Shown here: piece after piece, positions 54,165 to 62,829 of the stretch
Layout of the letters: each line of letters starts with the position of its first letter
How positions within the stretch are numbered: position 1 is the first letter of the stretch
Source of the DNA: an uncultured Acidobacteriaceae bacterium
GTDB lineage: Bacteria > Acidobacteriota > Terriglobia > Terriglobales > Acidobacteriaceae
Assembly: GCA_964246235.1 (NCBI GenBank)
Contig: CAXTPR010000010.1
Coordinates: 1,946-65,945, forward strand
Reading direction: 5' to 3'
DNA length: 64,000 nt
Translations under genes and position numbers: made by a program
The notes under the pieces: generated by a model
What the model saw: only the letters and a program-made list of their open reading frames with translations
Told to the model about the DNA's origin: nothing
Databases searched by the model: none

Positions 54165-54241
54165 GTCAGTAAACGTCAGTGAGCGGCGTAGACGTCACGG
54201 CAGGACGCCCAGGTAGGCAGGCGTCACGGCAAGACGCACGG

Positions 54242-54319
54242 GGCTCGCTTCGGCGGGCCTCCACTATCTTCAGCCGTGTTCGTACAGGTTGAGACAGGCT
54301 GCGCCGAAGCGCAGCCTGT
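54242..54319. terminator. Two hairpins between the convergent azoR and small secreted gene
   Basis: GGGCTCGC-TTCG-GCGGGCC (UUCG loop) and a perfect 11-bp ACAGGCTGCGC-CGAA-GCGCAGCCTGT; U-tracts are weak. Confidence 0.55.
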
Positions 54320-54337
54320 TCCAGCCAGAGGCGAACA

Positions 54338-54760
54338 TTACCGCGGATGGTAGCCGCCATGGAAGCCTTCGTGGTGGCCTTCGCCCTGCGGTCCATGCCA
54401 GTCGTTGCCGTGGAAGTTCTGGAAGTGATCGGGCGGCTCATGCCAGCCGCCATGGCTCGGATAGGCGCCGTGATAGCCGTAACGCGGGTCGAAGTCGTGG
54501 TTCACGGGGCCGAACCAGCCAGGGCGTCCGCGGTACCACGGCCCGGCGCCGATAAACACGCCACCATTGAACCAATCGCCCCCGTAGTAGCCATAGGGGG
54601 CGCAGTTGTAGGGCGCATACCCGTAGTAGCCATAGGGACAAACCGGCGCCGCTCCTATACCGATTCCAACGCGTACCTGTGCATGGGCCTGAGCCGCAGG
54701 CGCAAAAGCCAGCACAACGGCTGCAATGCCTGAAAGCCATAAGACGTTCAGCTTTTTCAT
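54338..54760 (-). CDS. Small secreted Gly/Tyr/His-rich protein
   Basis: GAGGTG SD and ATG 54760; signal peptide to AHA-Q; CPYGYYGYAPYNCAPYGYYG; His-rich tail. Confidence 0.8.
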   Translation of the reverse strand: MKKLNVLWLSGIAAVVLAFAPAAQAHAQVRVGIGIGAAPVCPYGYYGYAPYNCAPYGYYGGDWFNGGVFIGAGPWYRGRPGWFGPVNHDFDPRYGYHGAYPSHGGWHEPPDHFQNFHGNDWHGPQGEGHHEGFHGGYHPR

Positions 54761-54855
54761 AAACACCTCATGTCATAAGACACCGGCGCGAATCGAAATG
54801 TTGCTGAGGCAAGCTCGCATGCACGCCGTCTCGGAAGACCCGTGCTCGCCGAGCA

Positions 54856-55803
54856 CTACGCTGTGCGCGGACGGGCTGCACCCTTCTTCCGTGGCGGCAA
54901 GGGCTTCTTCAGCTGCGAGAACTCCGGCAGCACTTTCTTGCGTTCCACCTTCTTGCCGGCGGCGGCGCGGCTCAGAGCCTGCACCTCGCCCGCCGTCAGC
55001 TCGCGAAAGCCTCCCGGCGGCACATCCAATGTCAGCGCACCGTACCCGATGCGCCGGATCTTCTCCACGTGGTGCCCCACCTCTTCGAACATCTTGCGCA
55101 GCTGCCGATTTCTGCCCTCGGTGAGCGTCACCTCAAACCACGGGTTTTCGCCGCTGCGCACCTGCTCGATCCGGGCCGGCTGCGTGAGCACCCGGTCGCG
55201 CCGCGCCTGCCCACCTGCGGCGCGTACCTCGTTCAGCCGTCCTCGATCGATCATGATGCCGCGCCGAAGCTGGTCGATTGTTTCGGGTGCGGGTTTGCCG
55301 GAGACCTTGACTAGGTACGTCTTCTCCACGCCCGCCGACGCCTTGGAGAGCCGGTTGGCCAGCTCGCCGTCGTTGGTCATCAGCAACAGGCCTTCGCTCA
55401 GGTAATCCAGTCGCCCCACCGGGTACAGCCGCGGCAGCCTGGAATGTTCGCCGGTCACCTTCTTCTGCGATTCCTGTCCCAGCAGCTTCGAGACTGTCGG
55501 TCTGCCCTCCGGATCGTCCAGTGTGGTCACAAACCCGCGCGGCTTGTTCAGCAGGAAGTAGCGCTGCGGCTCCGGCCCATGCAACAGCTTGCCGTCCACG
55601 CGAATGTGGTCGCGGCCGGCATCGGCCCGCGTCCCCAGCTCGGTGACGGTCTCGCCGTTCACCTGTACGCGGCCTTCCAGGATGATTTGTTCCGCAGCGC
55701 GCCGCGACGCGATCCCCGCCTTAGCGAGGATTTTCTGCAGCCGGTCGCCCATCGGTTGCGGCGCGTCCCTGTTCTCGCCGCTCTTTTTTGTCCCGGCACT
55801 CAT
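54856..55803 (-). CDS. rluB: Pseudouridine synthase (RluB/RsuA family, S4 domain)
   Basis: RLQKILAKAGIASRR, LNKPRG, PVGRLDYLSEGLL, EGRNRQLRKMF; sits downstream of scpB. Confidence 0.9.
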   Translation of the reverse strand: MSAGTKKSGENRDAPQPMGDRLQKILAKAGIASRRAAEQIILEGRVQVNGETVTELGTRADAGRDHIRVDGKLLHGPEPQRYFLLNKPRGFVTTLDDPEGRPTVSKLLGQESQKKVTGEHSRLPRLYPVGRLDYLSEGLLLMTNDGELANRLSKASAGVEKTYLVKVSGKPAPETIDQLRRGIMIDRGRLNEVRAAGGQARRDRVLTQPARIEQVRSGENPWFEVTLTEGRNRQLRKMFEEVGHHVEKIRRIGYGALTLDVPPGGFRELTAGEVQALSRAAAGKKVERKKVLPEFSQLKKPLPPRKKGAARPRTA

Positions 55804-55841
55804 GGGTTACCTTATCGCTCCGATGCTGATTCGCGGAGTCC

Positions 55842-57317
55842 TTAGCTTGTGAGCCTGTTCGGCGAGATCGGTTCGACCGGCTGCACGGCCACCGTGGTCG
55901 ACTCTCCCGCTACCATCACGGTCAAGCCGTCGGAGCTGCGCAGCTTCGGGTAGCTGCGTACGGTATGCGCCGCGCGGTCGGCGAAGAAGATTTCGATCAC
56001 CGATCCATCAATCCACACACTGATGTCATCGTGTGTGGGAGAGGGCGCGGCTATTGCCTGCCCATTGACCTCGATCTCCGCAGCCGAGGTGCGATGCACG
56101 TGCAGCAGCTCCAGGTTCTTCTGGACTACCACGAAGCCGGTGTTCTTTGCCGGCAGGGTGGCCCTGATCCTCAGCGCCAGACTGGAAAAATGGCCACCCG
56201 CCAGCTCCGTGCCCCCCGTCTTGCGCGGGGAACCGGCCAACAACTCATCCGCCGCGGCCGGCACACTCATGCGCAGCAAGCCGTCCGTGTTCACGTGCAG
56301 CACACGCGGCAAGGCCATGCACCCCGACCAGCCCGCCGCGATGTACTCCGTCTTATCGCGCTTCTCCGGAATCCATCCCCACAGGATGCGCTCGCCCTGC
56401 GGCCCCAGCATGCTCTTGGGGGCGTAGTACGCACCCGTGTCCAGCAGGCCGCGCTGCTTTGGCACGAACTTCATCTCTGCCGTGAGCTCACCTGTCATCC
56501 AGTACACCCTGCGCTCGGTGGAGTACAGCAGCACGTGGCTGCCATCCAGCGCGAACAGGTCCGGGCACTCCCACATCGTGCCTGCATCTACCGTGTCCGC
56601 CGTGTGCTTGCCATTTCCCGGCGCGGAAATCAACTCATGCACAAACGTCCAGTCCGCCTTCGGACCGTCTGGCACGGTAGCCTTGTAGAGTAGAATGCAG
56701 CCGTTGCCATCCACCTGTCCCGAGCCCAGGATCATGTACCAGTGCGCGCCATCACGCCACACCTGCGGATCGCGAAAGCCGGCGATGTGGTCCAGCGGCG
56801 GCTTGCCGATCACAGGCTGTGCCTGCTTCGTCCAGTGCCGAAGGTCCGGATCGGTCGAAACCGCCACCGCCTGCTGCTCGCGTTGCGGGCTGCCGACCAG
56901 GGTAACCTCGGCCGGGGTTGGAGCCGGAGCCACAGCGGTGTAGAAGGCCAGGCAACGATCGCCGTCCTTTACGCAGGATCCGGAAAACACGCCATAGCTG
57001 TCGATGCCTGGCTCCGGAACCATCGCCAGCGGCAGGTGCCGCCAGCGCACCATGTCCGGGCTGACCGCATGCGCCCAGCTGATATCGCCCCAGTCCGCGC
57101 CGCCATGTGGGTTGACCTGGTAGAACAGGTGCACCTGGCCGCCCCACACGATAGGACCATTGGGGTCGTTCATCCACCCGCGGGCGGGGAGCAAATGATA
57201 CTGCGGCCGCAGAGGATCGGTAGCCAGCGCGGAAGACGCCACATCCGCGAGCGAGCGCAACGGCAGCACAGCTGCGAGCGCCGCCGCCCCGGCTACGAAG
57301 TCTCGCCTCGTTGTCAT
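55842..57317 (-). CDS. GH32 beta-fructofuranosidase / sucrose hydrolase, probable Tat substrate
   Basis: TRRDFV twin-arginine signal; catalytic WMNDPNG, FSGS, FRDP, WECPD. Confidence 0.95.
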   Translation of the reverse strand: MTTRRDFVAGAAALAAVLPLRSLADVASSALATDPLRPQYHLLPARGWMNDPNGPIVWGGQVHLFYQVNPHGGADWGDISWAHAVSPDMVRWRHLPLAMVPEPGIDSYGVFSGSCVKDGDRCLAFYTAVAPAPTPAEVTLVGSPQREQQAVAVSTDPDLRHWTKQAQPVIGKPPLDHIAGFRDPQVWRDGAHWYMILGSGQVDGNGCILLYKATVPDGPKADWTFVHELISAPGNGKHTADTVDAGTMWECPDLFALDGSHVLLYSTERRVYWMTGELTAEMKFVPKQRGLLDTGAYYAPKSMLGPQGERILWGWIPEKRDKTEYIAAGWSGCMALPRVLHVNTDGLLRMSVPAAADELLAGSPRKTGGTELAGGHFSSLALRIRATLPAKNTGFVVVQKNLELLHVHRTSAAEIEVNGQAIAAPSPTHDDISVWIDGSVIEIFFADRAAHTVRSYPKLRSSDGLTVMVAGESTTVAVQPVEPISPNRLTS

Positions 57318-57341
57318 GTCGTCTCCTTCACAGCGGGGCTG

Positions 57342-57533
57342 CTAGGGCTGCGCCGGCCGGATCGGCTGCTTTGGATGAGGCTCGTTCCCGCGCGGCCGCG
57401 TCACGTCCGGAGCGTTGGGGTCAAGCGGCTGCTCCGGCATGTACTCGTTATCGCCTTCCGACGTAGCGAGGGTGTCTGGAGCGTTCTCCGGCACGCTGTC
57501 GGGTGCTTCAGTCGGTGTGGTGGGATATGGCAC
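57342..57533 (-). CDS. Small acidic Pro-rich hypothetical protein
   Basis: GTG 3 nt after the scpB stop and ending 24 nt before GH32; contains ATSEGDNEYMPEQP. Confidence 0.55.
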   Translation of the reverse strand: MPYPTTPTEAPDSVPENAPDTLATSEGDNEYMPEQPLDPNAPDVTRPRGNEPHPKQPIRPAQP

Positions 57534-57536
57534 GGC

Positions 57537-58808
57537 TCAGGCCCCTGTCTCGTCACTGCCGGTGTAAGGCTCGTGATTGTCAATGGCTTTGGTATCGGCT
57601 TCCGCCGGGGTATCCGGCACTCCATCAGCCTGCGCCTCGTGCACATCACGCATAGACTGCACCGATTCAACAGCTCTGGCGGCCTCCTGCGAGACGCCCG
57701 AACTGGGGCCGGCGCCGCTTTCTGCTTCACTGCCTTCCCTGCCCGAGCTCCGTGGACTCACCATCTCCGCGGAGCTTTCGGCTACATCCGCCGCAGCCGG
57801 CGCCGTATTCAATTCGTCGAGCGCTGGCGATTTATCGTCGCTGACCGTCTCCTCGGATGTTCTCGCCGCTGTTGCTTCGTCCATCGCAATCTCCTCTTGC
57901 ACCGCGCCGTCCACATCACGGTCCAACTCACCCGCCATCTTCTCAAACTCTTCGATGCTCGGCAGCTCGTTGATGTCTTTCAGGCCGAAGCGGACCAGGA
58001 ACTCCTTTGTCGTCTTGTAGAGGATGGGCCGGCCGATCACCGCCTTGCGCCCCGCCGTCGTGATCAGCTTGCGCGCCATCAGGCTGCCCAGCACGCCGCC
58101 GCTATCCACGCCGCGAATTTCGCCGATCTCCGGCGCCGTGACCGGCTGCTTGTAGGCGATGACCGCCAGCGTCTCCAGGGCCTGCAGGCTCAGCTTCAGC
58201 GGCGGCTTCAGGGATTTTACAAAGCCACGCACCGCGTCGTGATACTCCGGCTTGGTCGCCAGGCGGAAGCCGCCCGCGACCTCGCGGATCTCCAGGCCCC
58301 GGTCCGAGCCGGCGTACTCTGCAATGAGCCGATCCAGCAGCGAGCGGAAGTACTCCCGCAGACGCCGCTCCCGTTCGCGGGCCAGCTTCTTTTCATCAAG
58401 TGCTGGCTGCTCCGGAGTCTCCCTTGCAGAGTCCCCGCCCACTTCGGCAGGTTCTTCACCTTTCTGTCCGACATCGTCCTCTTGGCTGGCACTGCTTTCC
58501 TGGGTGTCCTCCCGCAGCGCAGCGGAGGACTCTGCTTCTTCTCCGTCAGCCGCGCCATCTCCTTCCAGCTCCGGATTGTCCATCACTTCGGCGTTCACAG
58601 CGTCCTGGTCGCCGGAGGCTTCACCCGCGGGAGCTTCACTGTCGGCCCACTGCGCCACCTCGTCGCCGAGCGGGAGAGACCCCTGCCGGGCATCCAGCGT
58701 ATCCATCTCCGCCTGCGCTTCCTCACCCAGCAGCCCGATCAGCTGCGGCAGAGTCACTGGTTCTTCGGAGGCATAGATGACGGCTTCGATCTTGGCTTGC
58801 AGACTCAT
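57537..58808 (-). CDS. scpB: SMC-Scp complex subunit ScpB with long acidic insertions
   Basis: MSLQAKIEAVIYASEEPV, EVAGGFRLATKPE, LETLAVIAYKQPVT, GRPILYKTT.EFL..FGL. Confidence 0.95.
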   Translation of the reverse strand: MSLQAKIEAVIYASEEPVTLPQLIGLLGEEAQAEMDTLDARQGSLPLGDEVAQWADSEAPAGEASGDQDAVNAEVMDNPELEGDGAADGEEAESSAALREDTQESSASQEDDVGQKGEEPAEVGGDSARETPEQPALDEKKLARERERRLREYFRSLLDRLIAEYAGSDRGLEIREVAGGFRLATKPEYHDAVRGFVKSLKPPLKLSLQALETLAVIAYKQPVTAPEIGEIRGVDSGGVLGSLMARKLITTAGRKAVIGRPILYKTTKEFLVRFGLKDINELPSIEEFEKMAGELDRDVDGAVQEEIAMDEATAARTSEETVSDDKSPALDELNTAPAAADVAESSAEMVSPRSSGREGSEAESGAGPSSGVSQEAARAVESVQSMRDVHEAQADGVPDTPAEADTKAIDNHEPYTGSDETGA

Positions 58809-59208
58809 GCGGTACGCGGCTTCCAGTGCTAAGGGGCGGGCTCCAAGGAGTGTACCAACGCGTCGCGTCTGAATCTCCCTGGACCATCTGAAATCGCGTT
58901 TTCGGGAACTGAAGACTTCCGCAGCGCGTAAGGAAACTGCATAGCGCAATCTCGAAGCCCAGCTGTTGTGACGAGCTTTGCTCCTCGGGCCTTTTCAGAC
59001 CGCAGCTTGTTACACGCGTTGCCCTACTGTTGGCCGTGTGCCTTCCGACTCAATTGATGGAGTTCTCCGTGCGTGCAGCCGTTCGCCTTCTCCCTTATTT
59101 TTATGCTCGCTGTACTCTCCGCTGCCATCCCGCGGCCAATCCGTTACCCGCCCGCAGCAGGTTGCGGCGAGCTCTCTCGCCAAACCACAAACAATCCAAG
59201 GAGCCAAC

Positions 59209-59676
59209 ATGTCGAATCATGGACATCAACAAGCGGACGCAGCGATCCGCAGCCTCATTCAACAACTTCAAACAGCCTGGAACGCAGGCGACGCCGCTGC
59301 CTGGGCAGCCGTCTTCACCGAAGACGCACGCTTCGTGACGCTGCGCGGTGATGTTTTCAGCAACCGGCAGGAAATCGAGGACTCGCATCGGCGAATCTTC
59401 GAAGGTTTCTACAAAGGCAGCCATAATGGCATCTCGGTAGAAAGCCTGACGTTTCCGGCTCCCGACACCGCGGTCGCGTACGCTATGCACGAGGTGACAG
59501 GCTACGCCGCGCTACCACCGGGTATACCTGCTTCCGAGGCTGGCATGCTGCGAGCTAGGATGCTGCTCGTTGCCGTGCGCCACGGCGAGCGATGGGCTTT
59601 CGTGGCTGCGGAAAACGTGGCGATCTTTCCGAAACCAGCAGTCGCGCCAGGTATAGGCAGTGCACCGAAGCCGTAG
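59209..59676 (+). CDS. SgcJ/EcaC (SnoaL/NTF2-like, DUF4440) family protein
   Basis: AAGGAG SD; AWNAGDAAAWAAVFTEDARFVT, FLGR-like position, W...AAEN. Confidence 0.85.
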   Translation: MSNHGHQQADAAIRSLIQQLQTAWNAGDAAAWAAVFTEDARFVTLRGDVFSNRQEIEDSHRRIFEGFYKGSHNGISVESLTFPAPDTAVAYAMHEVTGYAALPPGIPASEAGMLRARMLLVAVRHGERWAFVAAENVAIFPKPAVAPGIGSAPKP

Positions 59677-59806
59677 GAGAACCGACCCGCGAAGCAGCAA
59701 GGATCCTTCAGCTTTCCTCGTGCGAAGAAAGACGTGAATGAATCGTTGTACCGCTCCGTCCGGAACCAGGCATTTTCGCAAGCGAGTTTAAGAACCCGCT
59801 ATGGTC

Positions 59807-61072
59807 TCAGTACTTCGGAAGGCTGGTGTCGATCCTCTCGGCCCAGGCGGTAATTCCACCCGCAAGGTTCGAGACGTGCGTAAAGCCAGCCTGCTTGAGT
59901 GCGAGCGCGGCCTTTTGCGAGCGGCCGCCGGACTTGCAGTGGACCACGATCTCCGTGTCTTTGCCCACCGGGATCTCACCGACGCGGGCAGGCAGCTCGC
60001 CCACAGGGAGAAGCGGCGCGCCCAGATTCACAATCGCGTACTCGTGGGGCTCGCGCACATCCAGAACGTAGGGAGGCTTGTTTTCACCGCGTGCGGCGGC
60101 GTCAAGACGGGCCTTCAACTGCTCCGCTGACATCTGCGGTATGCCGTCCACTTCCGGCAGATCTTGGTTGTTCATGTCGTGTGAGCTTACCTCAAGCGGC
60201 CCCGTGCCGGTGGGCGGCGCGATGCCGCAGAACTGGTTGTAATCGATCAGCTCGGTGATCTCGCGCGTGCCGCAGGCGGGGCACTCGGGGTTCTTGCGCA
60301 GCTTGAGGGTACGGAAGCCCATGCCGAGCGCATCGACCAGGAGTAGACGGCCGATCAGGGGCTCGCCTATGCCGAGGATCAGCTTGATCACTTCGGTGGC
60401 CTGGATGACGCCAACCAGCCCGGGCAGGATGCCCAGCACGCCTCCCTCCGCGCAGCTCGGCACCAGGCCCGGCGGTGGCGGCTCGGGATAAAGGCAGCGG
60501 TAGCACGGTCCCTGCTCGGTGGCGAATACGCTGGCCTGGCCTTCGAAGCGGAAGATGCTGCCATAGGCGTTCGGCTTGCCGGTGAGGACGCAGGCGTCGT
60601 TGACCAGGTAGCGGGTCTGGAAGTTGTCGGTGCCGTCGGCGATGACGTCGTAATCGCGGAAGATCTCGAGCGCATTGGCCGAAGTCAGCATGGTGTTGTG
60701 CTTCACGACCTTCACGTTCTTGTTGAGGCCCTTGAGCATCTGCTCCGCGGAATCGACTTTCAGCTGACCGACCGTGGCTTGCGAGTGGATAATCTGCCGC
60801 TGCAGATTCGACTCGTCCACCACGTCGAAGTCGACCAGGCCGATGGTGCCGACGCCCGCTGCGGTGAGATACAGCGCGAGCGGCGCACCCAGTCCACCCG
60901 TGCCCACGCAGAGCACCTTGGCGGCCTTGAGCTTCTGCTGGCCTTCCATGCCCACTTCCGGAAGGATCAGGTGGCGCGAGTAGCGGGCAATCTCCTCATG
61001 GCTAAGGCGAGGAAGCTGGTCCGGTGCGACGGTGACAGGCAGCTCGGCGGTACGTTCTTCGGTTGCGGTCAT
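59807..61072 (-). CDS. moeB: MoeB/MoeZ-type adenylyltransferase with C-terminal rhodanese
   Basis: RYSRHLILPEVG, VGTGGLG, SNLQRQ, DGTDNF, CYRC, CAEGGVLG, CPAC; rhodanese HCKSGGRS. Confidence 0.96.
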   Translation of the reverse strand: MTATEERTAELPVTVAPDQLPRLSHEEIARYSRHLILPEVGMEGQQKLKAAKVLCVGTGGLGAPLALYLTAAGVGTIGLVDFDVVDESNLQRQIIHSQATVGQLKVDSAEQMLKGLNKNVKVVKHNTMLTSANALEIFRDYDVIADGTDNFQTRYLVNDACVLTGKPNAYGSIFRFEGQASVFATEQGPCYRCLYPEPPPPGLVPSCAEGGVLGILPGLVGVIQATEVIKLILGIGEPLIGRLLLVDALGMGFRTLKLRKNPECPACGTREITELIDYNQFCGIAPPTGTGPLEVSSHDMNNQDLPEVDGIPQMSAEQLKARLDAAARGENKPPYVLDVREPHEYAIVNLGAPLLPVGELPARVGEIPVGKDTEIVVHCKSGGRSQKAALALKQAGFTHVSNLAGGITAWAERIDTSLPKY

Positions 61073-61190
61073 GATCTGTCTCCATAGAGAAGATGCGGAG
61101 AAGCGCCGGAGAGATGCGGCCAGGGAGAAACCAGGAGAAAGGCGCCGCAGGCGGATGGTACAGTGCTTTGGACCCGTAAGGAGACGTTCA

Positions 61191-62378
61191 ATGCGCTTGG
61201 TACGTGCTGCTCTGGCTGCTTCTCTTCTGTTTCCCGCGGTGCGCCTGCAGGCGCAAGCTGCCGCCACACCGCCCATGGGCTGGAACAGCTGGAACCATTT
61301 TGCCGGCAAGGTAACGGACGCCGATGTTCGCTCTGCGGCGGACCAACTGGTGAGCACCGGCATGCGCGATGCCGGCTACGTCTACGTGAACGTCGACGAC
61401 ACATGGCAGGGCAAGCGCGATGCGCAGGGTGTGATCCACGCGAACGAACGCTTTCCAGATATGAAGGCGTTGGCCGGCTACGTGCATTCCAAAGGGTTGA
61501 AGTTCGGGATCTACTCCGGCCCCGGAGCGCAGACCTGCGCGCGCTACGAGGGCAGCCTGGGACACGAGGTGCAGGATGCGCAAACCTATGCGGAGTGGGG
61601 CGTGGATTTTCTGAAGTACGACCTCTGCTCATTTCAGGAAGACATGCGGCGGGAGCGCGATGCGCATCCCGGCGATCCCGGTAGCGAGTACAGGATGATG
61701 ATTGCGGCGTTTCGCAAGATGGGAGACGCGCTGCAGGCCGCGGGCAAGGCAACCGGCAGGCCCATTGTGTACAGCCTGTGCCAGTACGGTGTGGCGCAGC
61801 CCTGGGTGTGGGGTCCTGGCTTGGGCGCGGCCATGTGGCGGACGACGGACGACATCAGTGACGACTTCAATCGCATGATGCTGATCGCCTACGGACAGGT
61901 GGGGCTGGCGAAGTATGCGGGGCCAGGGCACTGGAACGATCCGGACATGCTGGAGGTCGGCAACGGCAAAATGAACACGGAGGAGTACCGGACCCACATG
62001 AGCCTGTGGGCGATCCTGGCGGCGCCGCTGCTGGCGGGAAATGACCTAAGCAAGATGAGTGAAGCGGACAAAGCGATCCTGATGAACAAGGAGGTCATCG
62101 CGATCGATCAGGACCCGCTGGGCAAACAGGGCGACCGGGTGTGGCAGGGCGGGGATTTCAGCGTATGGACCAGGCCCTTGAGCGGCGGCCGCACGGCGAT
62201 CGCCGTGGTGAACGCAGCGAACACGCGTGAGGTGTCGTTCGAGCTGCGGGACATCGGCTTTCCGCAGGGAGCGACGCTGCACGACGTGTGGACCGGCAAG
62301 GATCTGGGCCGGCGCACGGGACTGCTCAGCGACACGCTGCCGGTTCATGGGGTCAAGCTGTATATCGCCAGCCGGTGA
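61191..62378 (+). CDS. GH27 alpha-galactosidase, secreted
   Basis: AAGGAG SD; signal peptide; PPMGWNSWN, VDDTW, GVDFLKYDLC, WRTTDDI, HWNDPDML. Confidence 0.95.
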   Translation: MRLVRAALAASLLFPAVRLQAQAAATPPMGWNSWNHFAGKVTDADVRSAADQLVSTGMRDAGYVYVNVDDTWQGKRDAQGVIHANERFPDMKALAGYVHSKGLKFGIYSGPGAQTCARYEGSLGHEVQDAQTYAEWGVDFLKYDLCSFQEDMRRERDAHPGDPGSEYRMMIAAFRKMGDALQAAGKATGRPIVYSLCQYGVAQPWVWGPGLGAAMWRTTDDISDDFNRMMLIAYGQVGLAKYAGPGHWNDPDMLEVGNGKMNTEEYRTHMSLWAILAAPLLAGNDLSKMSEADKAILMNKEVIAIDQDPLGKQGDRVWQGGDFSVWTRPLSGGRTAIAVVNAANTREVSFELRDIGFPQGATLHDVWTGKDLGRRTGLLSDTLPVHGVKLYIASR

Positions 62379-62410
62379 GTGCAGCCGGCAGTTTGTTTCT
62401 CTTGGGATGC

Positions 62411-62692
62411 TTAGCGACAGCGGCCGCCGGCAATGGAGGGGATGATGGTGAGCTCAGCAGCATCATCCACCGCGGTATTTTCCTTCTCCGGGAGGTAGCG
62501 GACGTCCTCGTCGTTGAGGTAGACGTTCACAAAGCTGCGCAGCTTGCCTTCCGGCGTGAAAAGATGCTGGCGCATGGCCGGGAACTGCTGCACGAGGTCT
62601 TCCAGGCCCGCTGCGACGGTGGTTCCTCCGGCGGTGACTGTCTCCTGCTTGTCGGTGTAGGCGCGCAGCGGAGTGGGGATGTGAATCTTCAT
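62411..62692 (-). CDS. MoaD/ThiS (CysO-like) sulfur carrier with masked C-terminal GG
   Basis: IHIPTPLRAYT, LRSFVNVYLNDED, IIPSIAGG followed by RCR*. Confidence 0.92.
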   Translation of the reverse strand: MKIHIPTPLRAYTDKQETVTAGGTTVAAGLEDLVQQFPAMRQHLFTPEGKLRSFVNVYLNDEDVRYLPEKENTAVDDAAELTIIPSIAGGRCR

Positions 62693-62829
62693 CGTAGGTG
62701 TATTGTCTCTCACGGCTAACGGCGCGGGTGGCGGCGTTCTGTTTTCAGTGAGATGACCGGAACGAGCCATACGGCGCAAGGCTCCCACCAGATTCGCAGC
62801 GAATACGGCGCTCACACATCGAATAGCGC

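Noticed and set aside
54209-54240. CGTCACGGCA(G/A)GACGC direct repeat after azoR resembling bases 11-30
   Set aside because: Only two short copies, and the match at the window start lies inside queA coding sequence, so it is likely coincidental.
58380-58720. About 110-aa acidic insertion in ScpB
   Set aside because: Low-complexity and non-repetitive; long acidic ScpB proteins are, as I recall, usual in this lineage, so it is not treated as novel.
56742-58832. 696-aa plus-strand ORF
   Set aside because: Antisense to GH32, the small ORF and scpB; no coherent domain.
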